A DNA stretch of 63,935 nucleotides, the filler included, from Candidatus Zapsychrus exili (GTDB lineage Bacteria; Omnitrophota; Gorgyraeia; Zapsychrales; Zapsychraceae): NCBI GenBank assembly GCA_030765585.1. It is 5 parts of 5 records of this genome, joined end to end, with 100 filler letters (N's around TTAATTAATTAA, not from the genome) between each part and the next. Parts side by side here need not be neighbours in the genome. Positions count along the whole stretch, not along the records: positions 25,242 to 54,380 come from JAVCCJ010000097.1; positions 54,481 to 60,276 come from JAVCCJ010000041.1; 3 more parts are not named here. One strand, given 5' to 3'. Positions 48,939 through 59,391 of this stretch are shown in pieces. A model generated the notes under the pieces. The model was not told the DNA's origin. It did not search any database and was given only the letters and a program-made list of their open reading frames with translations. The translations under genes were made by a program, and so were the position numbers. Each line of letters begins with the position of its first letter. Positions within the stretch are counted from its first letter, which is position 1.

Positions 48939-51380
48939 TTATAACTTTTGTGCTATTGACTCTATTTCATAGGCTTCAATAGTATCGCCTACTTTATATT
49001 CTGTATACCCTCCTACAGAAATACCGCATTCCATGCCTTCACTTACATCTTTTGCATCATCCTTAAATCTCTTAAGCGAAGATATGGTTGCAGATAATAT
49101 AATATCGCCATTTCTTATAATGTCAGCTTTTGACTTACGAGAAATTTTTCCTTTTGAAACAATACAACCTGCGATTATTCCATGCTTAGAAAGCTTAAAT
49201 ACTTGTCGTATTTCAGCTCTACCGACGAAGTTCTTTTTAATCTTAGCTTCAAGAAGACCTTCTAAAGCATTTCTAATATCACTTACTGCATCATAAATTA
49301 TTCTATATTCTCTTATGTCTACTGGATCTTTTTCTGTCTCTTGTTTAGCCCTTACATCAACGCCAACATGAAAAGCTATGATAATAGCCTTAGATGCAAT
49401 TGCTAAAACAACATCAGACGTGTTGACCTCTCCTACACCAGCATGAATAAAATTAAGCTTAACTTTATCGCTTGGAATTTTTGATAATGAATCTTTTAAA
49501 GCCTCCAAAGATCCTTGAACGTCAGACTTTAAAATAACGCAAAGTTCTTTAATAGCACCTGCTTCTATTTGAGCATGCAAATCTTCAAGAGTTATTCTAG
49601 TTGAGCTTCTTAATTTCTTATCTTTAATCTGTTCTTGTCTTCTAAAAGAAATATCCCTTGCCTGCTTTTCATCTTCTACAACATAGAACATTTCGCCAGC
49701 TTCTGGAACATCAGAAAGACCTAAGGCCTCAACCGGCATTGAAGGACCAGCTTCTTTTACTATTTTTGAATGATCATTAAACATTGCCCTAATTTTTCCA
49801 TAATGTGGGCCTATTACAATAAAATCTCCATCTTTTAATGTTCCACTTTGAACTATTAATGTTGTAACGGAACCTTTTCCTCTGCTTAAATGAGCTTCAA
49901 CTACTATTCCAGATGCTTTTTTATCAGCATTTGCCCTTAGCTCAAGTATTTCCGCTTCAAGCAATATAGCTTCAAGCAAATCGTCTATTCCTTCGCCTGT
50001 AATAGCAGATACAGGTACTACCATAGTTTTACCACCCCAATCTTCAGGACCCAAATCTTTTTCAGCTAATTGCTTTTTAACGCGATCAATATCAGCGTTT
50101 TTACGATCAATCTTATTAAGCGCAACTACTATCGGAACACCTGCAGCACGAGCATGATCAATAGCCTCTTCTGTTTGAGGCATAATTCCTTCATCAGCTG
50201 CAACTACAAGTATTACTAGGTCTGTTATGTGCGCTCCTCTGGCTCTCATTGATGTAAATGCCTCATGACCAGGAGTATCTAAAAAGGTGATCCTTCCTTT
50301 GTCAATATTAACAGAATACGCACTCATATGTTGCGTTATACCACCATGCTCAGCATCAGCAATTTTACTTTTTCTTATTCTATCTAAAAGAGATGTTTTT
50401 CCATGGTCAACATGACCCATGAAAGTAATAACAGGAGCTCTTGGCTTTAATGATTCAGGAGAATCTTCTTCTTGTTTATGAAATTCAATAAGCTGCTCTT
50501 CTTGCGTCCTAATTTTAGCTAAATTAAAACCAAATTTAAGCGTTAACTTACCTACAATGCCTTCATCTAGACTTTGATTAATATGAGCAAATAAACCCAT
50601 ATTCATAAGTTCTTTTAGAACTGCACTTGGCTTTTGTTGAATTTTTGTACTGAAATCTTTAACAGTAATTGGTAATTTTATTTCAATATCTGGTAATGAT
50701 GCATCTACTGCTCTCTCGGTAGATAAATTTCCAGCATCTGTCGCATCCGATGCTTCTAAATGCTTATCAGCCTGCTGGGCAGCATCTGCTGCAACAGTAG
50801 AATTTGTATCTTTACCATCTCTAGGAAGAGTTATTCTTTTCTTCTTATGTGCAAAAGGTTTTAAAGTTATAAGGGGTTCCCTTGATATCTTTGACTTTGT
50901 CTTCTTCTGAATCTTTTCCTCAACCTTAACATCTTTCTTCTCTTCAACCTGTTCCTTTTTGTCCTCGACAACAACCTTCTCTTTGCTTGATTTAACTGTC
51001 TGCTTTTTCACATCTTCTTTTTCTTTAACAGTCTTTGTTTTCTCTGCAGTCTTTTTAGTGGCAGTCTTTATTTCTTCTTTCAGCTTCTTTTCTTTCGTTT
51101 CTTTTACTTCTTTTTTCTCTTTTGTTTCTTTCTTCTTTACAGGCTTTTTAGCCTCTTTCTTTGTTTCAGCCTTAACCTCTTTTTCTATCTTTTTAGGTTC
51201 TTCTTTAATCTCATCTGCTTTCGGCAACTTTTTATCTTTTAAATGATTCTTTATTACAGAAACAACGACGACATTTAGCTCTTGATTGCTATCTTTTGCT
51301 TTAAGCTTCAGCGTCTTAAGTTCCGACAATATGGCTGCGCTTGTCGTATTAAATTCTTTTGCTAAATCAGAAACTTTCAT
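48939..51380 (-). CDS. infB: Translation initiation factor IF-2
   Basis: MGHVDHGKTSLLD, GGITQH, DTPGHEAF and NKID motifs; K/E-rich N-terminal linker. Confidence 0.97.
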   Translation of the reverse strand: MKVSDLAKEFNTTSAAILSELKTLKLKAKDSNQELNVVVVSVIKNHLKDKKLPKADEIKEEPKKIEKEVKAETKKEAKKPVKKKETKEKKEVKETKEKKLKEEIKTATKKTAEKTKTVKEKEDVKKQTVKSSKEKVVVEDKKEQVEEKKDVKVEEKIQKKTKSKISREPLITLKPFAHKKKRITLPRDGKDTNSTVAADAAQQADKHLEASDATDAGNLSTERAVDASLPDIEIKLPITVKDFSTKIQQKPSAVLKELMNMGLFAHINQSLDEGIVGKLTLKFGFNLAKIRTQEEQLIEFHKQEEDSPESLKPRAPVITFMGHVDHGKTSLLDRIRKSKIADAEHGGITQHMSAYSVNIDKGRITFLDTPGHEAFTSMRARGAHITDLVILVVAADEGIMPQTEEAIDHARAAGVPIVVALNKIDRKNADIDRVKKQLAEKDLGPEDWGGKTMVVPVSAITGEGIDDLLEAILLEAEILELRANADKKASGIVVEAHLSRGKGSVTTLIVQSGTLKDGDFIVIGPHYGKIRAMFNDHSKIVKEAGPSMPVEALGLSDVPEAGEMFYVVEDEKQARDISFRRQEQIKDKKLRSSTRITLEDLHAQIEAGAIKELCVILKSDVQGSLEALKDSLSKIPSDKVKLNFIHAGVGEVNTSDVVLAIASKAIIIAFHVGVDVRAKQETEKDPVDIREYRIIYDAVSDIRNALEGLLEAKIKKNFVGRAEIRQVFKLSKHGIIAGCIVSKGKISRKSKADIIRNGDIILSATISSLKRFKDDAKDVSEGMECGISVGGYTEYKVGDTIEAYEIESIAQKL

Positions 51381-51409
51381 AAATATATATATTCCTCTCT
51401 CAAATCATC

Positions 51410-52684
51410 TTATTGTCCAAGCAATGATTTTGCTTCTTCGATTAATTTTTCTGCCTTAATTTTACCTAAACCCTTTATTTGCGTCAAATCTTTAACGCTG
51501 GCCTCAGATATTTTCTCAAGTGAACCAAATCCTATTTCCTTTAGCTTGCTTAAAATATCAGAATTAACGCTAGTCAAATTAAGACTTTCTGAATTTTCTT
51601 CTGGCTCTTCATCACCTTTTATTCCTTCTTTTACCTCTGGTTCTTCAGTTTTGCTTTCAACAACTTCTTCTTTGCCATTCAATATATTTTCTGCACGTTC
51701 TTTTTCTTGATCTTCTTGGTCTAATTCATCCTGAAGTTCGCCCCATTGATCAAAAGAAAAAAGATCAAGTTCCCATCCTACAAGCTGACTTGCCAAACGA
51801 ACATTCTGGCCATTTTTACCAATAGCTAAAGATAACTGATCATCTGCAACTATAATATTAATCTTTTTATCTTCATGATTTATTTGTATTTGCGATATTT
51901 CAGCAGGAGACAATGCAGCCTGAATATATTCTTTTATGTCAGACGAATATCTAACAATGTCTACCTTCTCGCCTTGAATCTCGGCAACGATATTCTTTAC
52001 CCTAGCTCCACGCATTCCAACACATGCTCCAACACAATCAACTTTTTCATCCTTAGAATAAACAGCTATTTTTGTTCTTTGTCCAACATTTCTTGATATT
52101 GCTTTAATTTCAACTATCCCCTCGTAAATCTCAGGAACTTCAAGTTCAAATAAACGTTTTATAAAGTTAGGATTAGAACGAGACAATACAACCTGCGGAC
52201 CTCTATTTTCTCTTCCTACATCCACAATATATGCACGTATTCTATCACCTTGTTTAAATTCTTCGCCTGGAGACTGTTCTTTTTTAGGTATATACGCTTC
52301 AGCTTTTCCTAGATCAACAATGATACTTCCCTTTTCAAAACGATATACACTTCCGCCAATAATTTCACCTACTCTGGTTTGATACTCTCCAAACACTACA
52401 TCTTTTTCTGCCTCACGTATTTTTTGTATCACAACCTGTTTAGCGGTCTGTGCAGCGATTCTTCCAAACTCTCCAGAGCGAATCTCTTCATCTCCAGCAA
52501 ATGCTGAAAGCTTGCCTGTTTTAGTGTCTAAAACGACTCTAACGTCTTCCTCTTTATCTACTGTCCATATTTTTCTTGCAGCTGAAGCAACTGCTGATTC
52601 AACAGCACTTATAAGTACGGCTTTATCAATACCCTTATCGCGCTCCAATTGTTCAAGTATCGTTAGCAATTCATTTGTTTCCAT
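51410..52684 (-). CDS. nusA: Transcription elongation factor NusA (with C-terminal HhH extension)
   Basis: FGRIAAQTAKQV, EVPEI, GACVGMRG and AIGKNGQNVRLA motifs. Confidence 0.97.
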   Translation of the reverse strand: METNELLTILEQLERDKGIDKAVLISAVESAVASAARKIWTVDKEEDVRVVLDTKTGKLSAFAGDEEIRSGEFGRIAAQTAKQVVIQKIREAEKDVVFGEYQTRVGEIIGGSVYRFEKGSIIVDLGKAEAYIPKKEQSPGEEFKQGDRIRAYIVDVGRENRGPQVVLSRSNPNFIKRLFELEVPEIYEGIVEIKAISRNVGQRTKIAVYSKDEKVDCVGACVGMRGARVKNIVAEIQGEKVDIVRYSSDIKEYIQAALSPAEISQIQINHEDKKINIIVADDQLSLAIGKNGQNVRLASQLVGWELDLFSFDQWGELQDELDQEDQEKERAENILNGKEEVVESKTEEPEVKEGIKGDEEPEENSESLNLTSVNSDILSKLKEIGFGSLEKISEASVKDLTQIKGLGKIKAEKLIEEAKSLLGQ

Positions 52685-52702
52685 TTTTATTTCCTTCCAG
52701 TT

Positions 52703-53158
52703 CTATATAACTTGTACCGCTTTGTTAATTTTATCAAACGGAACTGTTATTGATTCGTTTTTAACATTAATAACAACTTTATTATCTAAAACTTCTTTTA
52801 TTTTTCCCTTATGTTCTTTTTTACCTTCGATCTTTTCTAAAAGATAAAAAATAACATCACGATCAATTACCCTTAAAAAATCTTTCTTGTTTTCAAGCGG
52901 CCTATCTAATCCTGGCGATGCAACATTAACAGAATATGGCTCTTCTACTAATTGTTCCTCCTCTATCTTTTGCAAAATATGCTTATTTAGAGAAGAACAT
53001 TCGTCAATAGTGATACCACCTTTTTGCCTATCCGCTATTATCTCAATTTTAGTCTCTTTATTTACCACCTTTATATTGATATCAACAATTCCTAAAGACG
53101 TTTTCTTAAGAAATTCAGATATCTCTTTTTCTATTATTTGTTTCAATTCTTCAGACAT
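52703..53158 (-). CDS. rimP: Ribosome maturation factor RimP
   Basis: GITIDEC and VASPGLDRPL motifs; upstream of nusA. Confidence 0.93.
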   Translation of the reverse strand: MSEELKQIIEKEISEFLKKTSLGIVDINIKVVNKETKIEIIADRQKGGITIDECSSLNKHILQKIEEEQLVEEPYSVNVASPGLDRPLENKKDFLRVIDRDVIFYLLEKIEGKKEHKGKIKEVLDNKVVINVKNESITVPFDKINKAVQVI

Positions 53159-53160
53159 AA

Positions 53161-54380
53161 TTACACTAACTCTTTTATTTTCTTTAAAGCCTCTTTGCTG
53201 TCCACCAACACAGTTTCTTGATTATATCTCGTCTTTATTTCAACTTTTCCATCTTTTAAATTTCTCTGTCCTATTATTATGTGGACTGGAATTCCTATAA
53301 GCTCAGAATCATTAAGCTTACTACCAACACTTTCATCTCTATCATCAATAAGAACATCAGTACCTAGTGCTTGGAGCTCTTTATAATATTTATCAGCTAG
53401 TTCTGTAGTCTCATCTGAGCCCTTTTTACCGCCAAGCGGTATAATTTCAACATCAAAAGGAGCAACATTCTTTGGCCAAATAATACCTTTATCATCATTA
53501 TGTTTTTCTATTATGGCTGCTATAACACGACTAACACCTATACCATAACATCCCATAATAATATCTTTAAGCTTTCCATCATCATCTAAAAATTGTGCAC
53601 CTTGTGCCTTACTATACTTTGTCCCTAGCTGAAATATATGACCTAACTCAATTGCTACTTCTTTCTTTAATTTTGCTTTCTTACACTTTGGACAAGTCTT
53701 TTGATCGTCACAAGTCTCATTGATTGCGCTACAAAACCCACACGAAGAACACATCACAAGAGAATCTTCTCCTATTTCAGCTGGTACCATAAACTCGTGC
53801 GAAACATCTCCACCCATAGCGCCAGAATCAGCTTCTAATATAACTGTGTCTAATTCTAATCTTTTAAAAATTCTTTTATAGGCTTCATACATCAACTCGT
53901 AATTCTTTTTTAAACCCTCTACATCGCGATCAAAACTATAAGCATCTTTCATGATAAACTCACAAGCACGAACAATGCCAAACCGTGTACGAAGCTCGTC
54001 ACGAAACTTTGTTTGAATTTGATATAACGTTATCGGAAGTTGCCTATACGATTGTACAAAATCTTTAACTAAATTTGTAATAACTTCTTCATGAGTTGGT
54101 CCAAGACACATTTGCTTGCCTCGATTATCTTCAAACTTAATCATTACATCCTTTAAAACTTCATCTCTTCCTGTTTCTTTCCAAAGCTCTATAGGATGAA
54201 GACAAGGCAAAAATAACTCTTGAGCATCAACAGCAGTCATTTCTTCCCGAATAATATTCTCAATTTTCTTCAAAACTCTTAAGCCTAAAGGTAAATACGA
54301 ATACACACCCGAAGTAAGCATATGGACTAAACCAGCTCTTAAGAGAAGCTTATGACTTACAGCCTCTGTGCCCATTGGAG
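53161..54380 (-). CDS. proS: Prolyl-tRNA synthetase (5' end cut by gap; short form without INS editing domain)
   Basis: SHKLLLRAG, LGPTHEE, YQIQTKFRDE, EFIMKDAYSF, GHIFQLGTKYS and MGCYGIGVSR motifs. Confidence 0.95.
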
Positions 54381-54480
54381 NNNNNNNNNNNNNNNNNNNN
54401 NNNNNNNNNNNNNNNNNNNNNNNNTTAATTAATTAANNNNNNNNNNNNNNNNNNNNNNNNNNNNNNNNNNNNNNNNNNNN
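54381..54480. other. Artificial contig linker
   Basis: Ns plus TTAATTAATTAA. Confidence 0.97.
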
Positions 54481-54832
54481 CGGCTTTTTCCCATTCCACA
54501 TCATATGGGGCAAAAGGAAGATTCGCTTCCATTTCATGAATCACTTTAAATTTCGCGCTATTTAAATCTTTATACGATCTTATCAGCCTATACCATAAAA
54601 AACACAAGATCATGCCGGCGCAAGAAATTATCCAATAAAAGTTAGCTTCTTTTCCGGTGCATAGACCAACATAACTAACAAGAGCAACGATTGCCGTATT
54701 TATTGACAGGAAAAATGAATTAGCAGTTTGTCTACGACCGCTGATTCTATCGGCCATTTCAACATAGAGCTTATACTGTTCTAATAAATGCTCTGTGTAT
54801 TTGTCGCCATATTTATCAGGAGATATTGCCAT
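54481..54832 (-). CDS. Small membrane protein (two visible TM segments), putative defence effector; 3' end cut by gap
   Basis: EQYKLYVEMADRISGRRQTANSFFLSIN-TM-TM-W...SYKDLNSAKFKVIHEME..LP...EW; resembles my recollection of the RipA/octameric membrane protein family (unverified). Confidence 0.65.
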
Positions 54833-54839
54833 AATATCC

Positions 54840-55220
54840 TCACAAACTATCGATAAAATTTTTTATACCGTCCCATGTCCAGTTTATAATTTTCTTCCCA
54901 TCAAGTTCAGATGGAATCTGACCTTTGTCGTCTTTATGAATATGAACACCAATAATAGGGATGCCTTCATCAACAGCACACTGCATTTCCCATTTTGCTC
55001 CATCTGCGTTTCTTGTCTTTTTACTTATCAACGCAATAAAACCCTCACATTGCTTAATGCGTGCCTTGCATCGGGTTTTACAAGAGCTATCCCAAGGATT
55101 TTTGACCGACATATCATAAAAGCTAAAGGGGGCTCTATGATCTTCGGATTGGTGAACAAGATGATCCCTCGCAAATTTATCTTCTATTGCAAAACTAATA
55201 AAAATCTGTTTAGTAGTCAT
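54840..55220 (-). CDS. TIR domain protein (MTH538/DUF1863, ThsB-like)
   Basis: IFISF start, I.QC..FIALIS, KWEMQCA (catalytic Glu position) and PIIGV motifs. Confidence 0.85.
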   Translation of the reverse strand: MTTKQIFISFAIEDKFARDHLVHQSEDHRAPFSFYDMSVKNPWDSSCKTRCKARIKQCEGFIALISKKTRNADGAKWEMQCAVDEGIPIIGVHIHKDDKGQIPSELDGKKIINWTWDGIKNFIDSL

Positions 55221-55237
55221 GTGAGCACCTCCAATTT

Positions 55238-57247
55238 TTAGGGTTCTAAAACCTTATCCATTAATCCCTCAGTTTCTTTTTCAAGAGCAAGAATATCTTT
55301 CCGAATCTCCTTAAGACTGCGTAACGGCTTATATTTGTAAAATTCTTTGGTAAAGTTGATTTCATAGCCTATTTTATCTTTACTCCTATCCATCCACGCG
55401 TCAGGGACATGCGGTAAAGCTTCGCGTTTAAAATACGTCTCGATATTATCTTGTAGAGGCACGTTCTCGCAATCCCGAAGCCCTGAATCATGCTCAGGGC
55501 TTCCTTTAGAATCCATACAAATATCTGCTGTCTCATCCCGCTCTGACAATGCCTTAAGAATCATTTTTATAGTCGGAGCTTTTGCTTCATCTCCCTTTTT
55601 TTCAAAAATCTTCTTCATATCATTTACAAACTTATCACGATTCTTATACAGCTTCTTTGAATCCATCTGACTAAAAATACTCTTAATAAACTGCTGATAT
55701 TTTTCGCCTTCCCCTATCTCTTTTAATGCTTTATTGCCCTTCTTTTTTGATTTTGCCAAACCGTTGAAAGCTGTTTCATTATCCAATCGATTTATACGCT
55801 CTTTGCTTGTCTGAAAATTAAGACGCAATGGCCTTTCAACAGTAACCCGCGTATAACCAAAATAATTGTTATCAAAAATCTTGCAGTATTCGTTTTCTTT
55901 AAATACTCCGTAATTTTTTGTTATCTCATCAATATGCTTATCGCTAATCTCATTGCGTTTATTTCCGAGGCTATGGGACATTTTTTCAAAGAAACTTACA
56001 GCATTAATAAGTTGTATCTTCCCTTTGCGCTTCTTTTCCTTGCGATTGGTAACTATCCAAATATAGGTCGAAATTCCAGTGTTATAAAAAAGCTGACTTG
56101 GAAGAGCGATAATAGCTTCAAGCATATCGTTTTCAATAATCCACTTGCGGATTTCACTTTCTCCGCTTCCGGCACTACCTGAAAATAACGGAGAACCGTT
56201 AAAAACTATTCCCAGACGCGCGCCGCCGTTCTCCGGCCGCATCTTTGAGATCATGTGCTGCAGGAATAAAAATGAGCCATCACTGATTCGCGGCAATCCT
56301 GCCCCGAACCGTCCGGCAAAACCCTGTTTTTCATATTCTTTTTTTATTTCAGCCTCAACCTTTTTCCATTCCACGCCAAACGGCGGATTACTGAGCATAT
56401 AATCAAATTTCTCATCCCTCAAGCCGTCTTGCGTAAATGAATTACCATATTTTATAAGATCTGTGTTCTGCCCCTTAATAAGCATATCAGAATTACAAAT
56501 TGCGTATGATTCGGGGTTTAGTTCTTGTCCGAACACTCGTAAATCAGCGTCAGGATTAAGCTCTCGTAAATATTCTTCCGCGACTGAAAGCATCCCGCCG
56601 GTTCCGCAAGCAGGATCATATAGAGTTTTAACTATTCCTTTTTTAGTCAAAATATCTTTATCGTTCAAGAAGAGAATATTTACCATAAGCCGGATAACTT
56701 CACGCGGGGTAAAATGTTCTCCTGCTGTTTCATTAGATAGATCCGCGAATTTGCGAATCAGTTCCTCAAAGATATATCCCATCTCGATATTACGAATTTT
56801 ATCCGGATGCAAATCAATTTCAGCAAATTTCTTAATCACTTTATAAAGAAGGCCCGCCTTATCAAGACGCTCAATATGATCATTAAAATTAAAATGTTCC
56901 AAAATAGCGCGGGCATTTTTTGAAAAACCATTGATATAATTTTTAAGATTAGCACTGATATCATTAGGGTCTGCAATAAGCTTCTGGAAGTCGAATTTGC
57001 TTCTGTTATAAAAAGAAAGTTTTGCCTGACGTTTCAGCACCTCTTCCGCGGCCGCGGGAGATAACCCTTTTGCCTTTGGTAAATAATTCATAACCCTTTG
57101 CTTGGTCGGTTCAAGGACACAATCCAGACGGCGTAAAACAGTAAGAGGCAAAATCACCTTGCCGTATTCTGACTGTTTATAATCACCGCGCAGAAGATCG
57201 GCTATACTCCAAATGAAATTGGCTCTTTCTTTAAAATTTACTGTCAT
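55238..57247 (-). CDS. hsdM: Type I restriction-modification N6-adenine methyltransferase subunit M
   Basis: FIWSIADLLRG, GEHFTPREV, YDPACGTGGML, NPPF, FYNTGI and GYEINF motifs. Confidence 0.95.
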   Translation of the reverse strand: MTVNFKERANFIWSIADLLRGDYKQSEYGKVILPLTVLRRLDCVLEPTKQRVMNYLPKAKGLSPAAAEEVLKRQAKLSFYNRSKFDFQKLIADPNDISANLKNYINGFSKNARAILEHFNFNDHIERLDKAGLLYKVIKKFAEIDLHPDKIRNIEMGYIFEELIRKFADLSNETAGEHFTPREVIRLMVNILFLNDKDILTKKGIVKTLYDPACGTGGMLSVAEEYLRELNPDADLRVFGQELNPESYAICNSDMLIKGQNTDLIKYGNSFTQDGLRDEKFDYMLSNPPFGVEWKKVEAEIKKEYEKQGFAGRFGAGLPRISDGSFLFLQHMISKMRPENGGARLGIVFNGSPLFSGSAGSGESEIRKWIIENDMLEAIIALPSQLFYNTGISTYIWIVTNRKEKKRKGKIQLINAVSFFEKMSHSLGNKRNEISDKHIDEITKNYGVFKENEYCKIFDNNYFGYTRVTVERPLRLNFQTSKERINRLDNETAFNGLAKSKKKGNKALKEIGEGEKYQQFIKSIFSQMDSKKLYKNRDKFVNDMKKIFEKKGDEAKAPTIKMILKALSERDETADICMDSKGSPEHDSGLRDCENVPLQDNIETYFKREALPHVPDAWMDRSKDKIGYEINFTKEFYKYKPLRSLKEIRKDILALEKETEGLMDKVLEP

Positions 57248-57298
57248 AGAAACTCCTCTTAATATTTATTCCCTACAATTTTTCACTTTTTGTTTTCA

Positions 57299-57829
57299 TC
57301 ATACACCCATAGCCTTTAAAATACTATTTAACTCGTTAACCAGGCTTCTTTTTTCATTAAGCATCTCTTTAGAGAATAACCGTTCATACGATCGTTTATC
57401 TGTCTTTTTATCTGGCGCTAAATACGTTGTTTCAAATGTGCTCTTGCATTGACCGCTACTATTGTTCTCAGTATCATCTAAAATGGATAAAAACAAGCCT
57501 TCTATGCAGGGCGTTGATTTCAATATTTCTATTTTCGGTTTTCGTTTCATGCGAGAAAGTAACTTTTTGTCAGCTTTTAATGGAATATCAGCGTCAATCA
57601 AAACAAAACACTTATCATATCCTCTGCTTCCGCACAACCTAATAGCTTTTTCTATAACATTCCGAGGAGACCCTCCGGATCCACATTCAACATTTACTGA
57701 TATGTCCATATCCCGCTTTATATATAATTCTTTCACATATCGCAAAAAAGCTTTTTCTGTTGGGCCTTCACCAACAATTAAAACTGTTTTCTTTGTACGT
57801 CTGACTGGTCTTTTTCGCTGGGCCACCAT
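57299..57829 (-). CDS. rloB: RloB-like (TOPRIM-related) protein
   Basis: LIVGEGPTE..F, GGSP, LIDAD and STPCIEG motifs; downstream of an AAA_21-type ATPase. Confidence 0.75.
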   Translation of the reverse strand: MVAQRKRPVRRTKKTVLIVGEGPTEKAFLRYVKELYIKRDMDISVNVECGSGGSPRNVIEKAIRLCGSRGYDKCFVLIDADIPLKADKKLLSRMKRKPKIEILKSTPCIEGLFLSILDDTENNSSGQCKSTFETTYLAPDKKTDKRSYERLFSKEMLNEKRSLVNELNSILKAMGV

Positions 57830-57840
57830 TAGGACTCCTT

Positions 57841-59070
57841 TTAAATGTTTGGTACCGCGCCGTAAGCGCCAGCCATGTATTTCGCGTAAATATTATCATC
57901 TCGACGTATGCCTTTTAATTCATCCAACCTGTACATTTCACTTTTGCATTCTTTATTCTTTTCTACTAAAATCACTTGTTCCTTTTCTAAATGGCTTAAT
58001 ATTTCAAGTGAATGAGTTGTAAATAATAACTGCGTATTTTTAGGATTTGTCACCGGGTTACTAAATAATTCGATAATCCTTGGTAAAGTATGCGGATGCA
58101 GATCAATCTCTAATTCATCCATTATCGCTATGCCTCCCTGTTCAATGGCAGGCAAAAGAAAATGTAGCAAGACAAACATGTTTTTTGTTCCGCTAGATTC
58201 AAAAGCAAAAGGTAGTTGATATTCATTTTTATTAACTACGTGCACTCCGAAAGGGAAATATGCTTGTTTTTTTTCTAAAGCCTTCTCATTGTGAGTCTCT
58301 CCCACCGCAATACGAATGCCCTCTAGTCCAAGATCAATGTCTTTCAAAAAAGAAACAGCTTTCACAAATAATTCTGGATTTTTATCATAGAACTCGGCCG
58401 CTTGAAAGAGTCTCCGCCTCCCCAGCGAAACTGTATCCCACGCTTTACCCATACGATAGACATTTGTAAAAATTCCTTTCCAAAACGATGCTATTTCAGT
58501 AAGCTCATCATTTTTAATAGCTACTGATGCTGCGACAAGGGAAACATTTTTTCTTAAGATTTCTTTAACAACTTCTGTTTTTAAATTAATACGTTGAGAT
58601 ATTTCTGATCTCTGATCCGCTTCGTTCCATTTTCTTTTAAATAAATAATTAAAATGATTTGTTCTTTTGTCCTTTTTATATAATTCTTCCTTAATAACAT
58701 GTGTCCGGCACAAATGAAGTACATACTTATAAATCTGCGCCCTTTGTTCGAATACCATATCAAATTCAGAAGGCTTCTCCCTCTGATCAGAAAAGGCAAA
58801 AGTATCAACCGGAATTTCTTCCTTTTCACCTTCTAACCCCACGAAAGAATTCCGTACAAACCAGCCCAAAAAAGCCAGAGCCTTTAAGATATTTGTTTTT
58901 CCTGAAGCATTCGGTCCGATAACTGTTGTAATTTTACTCAAATGAACACCAGCCGGACTATTGACAAACATATTGCTTTGAGTTTCCTGCCCTTTACGGA
59001 TATCCTCAAAACTCATTGATGACTCTTCCGAAAAAGAACAAAAATTCTTAAAAGTAAATGAATGAATCAT
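57841..59070 (-). CDS. AAA_21/AbiEii-type ABC ATPase (RloA-like)
   Basis: KNFCSF, GPNASGKTN, ESSGT, MDELEIDLHP, QLLFTTH and Y..GAYGAVP motifs. Confidence 0.9.
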   Translation of the reverse strand: MIHSFTFKNFCSFSEESSMSFEDIRKGQETQSNMFVNSPAGVHLSKITTVIGPNASGKTNILKALAFLGWFVRNSFVGLEGEKEEIPVDTFAFSDQREKPSEFDMVFEQRAQIYKYVLHLCRTHVIKEELYKKDKRTNHFNYLFKRKWNEADQRSEISQRINLKTEVVKEILRKNVSLVAASVAIKNDELTEIASFWKGIFTNVYRMGKAWDTVSLGRRRLFQAAEFYDKNPELFVKAVSFLKDIDLGLEGIRIAVGETHNEKALEKKQAYFPFGVHVVNKNEYQLPFAFESSGTKNMFVLLHFLLPAIEQGGIAIMDELEIDLHPHTLPRIIELFSNPVTNPKNTQLLFTTHSLEILSHLEKEQVILVEKNKECKSEMYRLDELKGIRRDDNIYAKYMAGAYGAVPNI

Positions 59071-59391
59071 TTTATTCTCCTATATTGCGTGTAGTCACTA
59101 TATTTTCCACTTAATAAACAGTATAATAATACCATTTTAACAATAATTTGTCAATAATTATTTTTATTTCTCTTAAAATCCATTAAATTCACTACTCTCC
59201 TTGTATAAACTAAAAAATCTAATATTCTCATGAAATAAGAAAATCAGTGTTTATTTCGCTATGTTTCGAGGTCAAAATTATCAACATTTGCGAAAATTTA
59301 ATCGATTTTGACTTATTTTATAAAAAAATTGCCTTGATGCTATTCTTATGTACGATCAGGACTTGATACCGCATTTTAATAATTTTCCAAG

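Noticed and set aside
50900..51250. Low-complexity K/E-rich region
   Set aside because: Normal variable N-terminal linker of IF-2.
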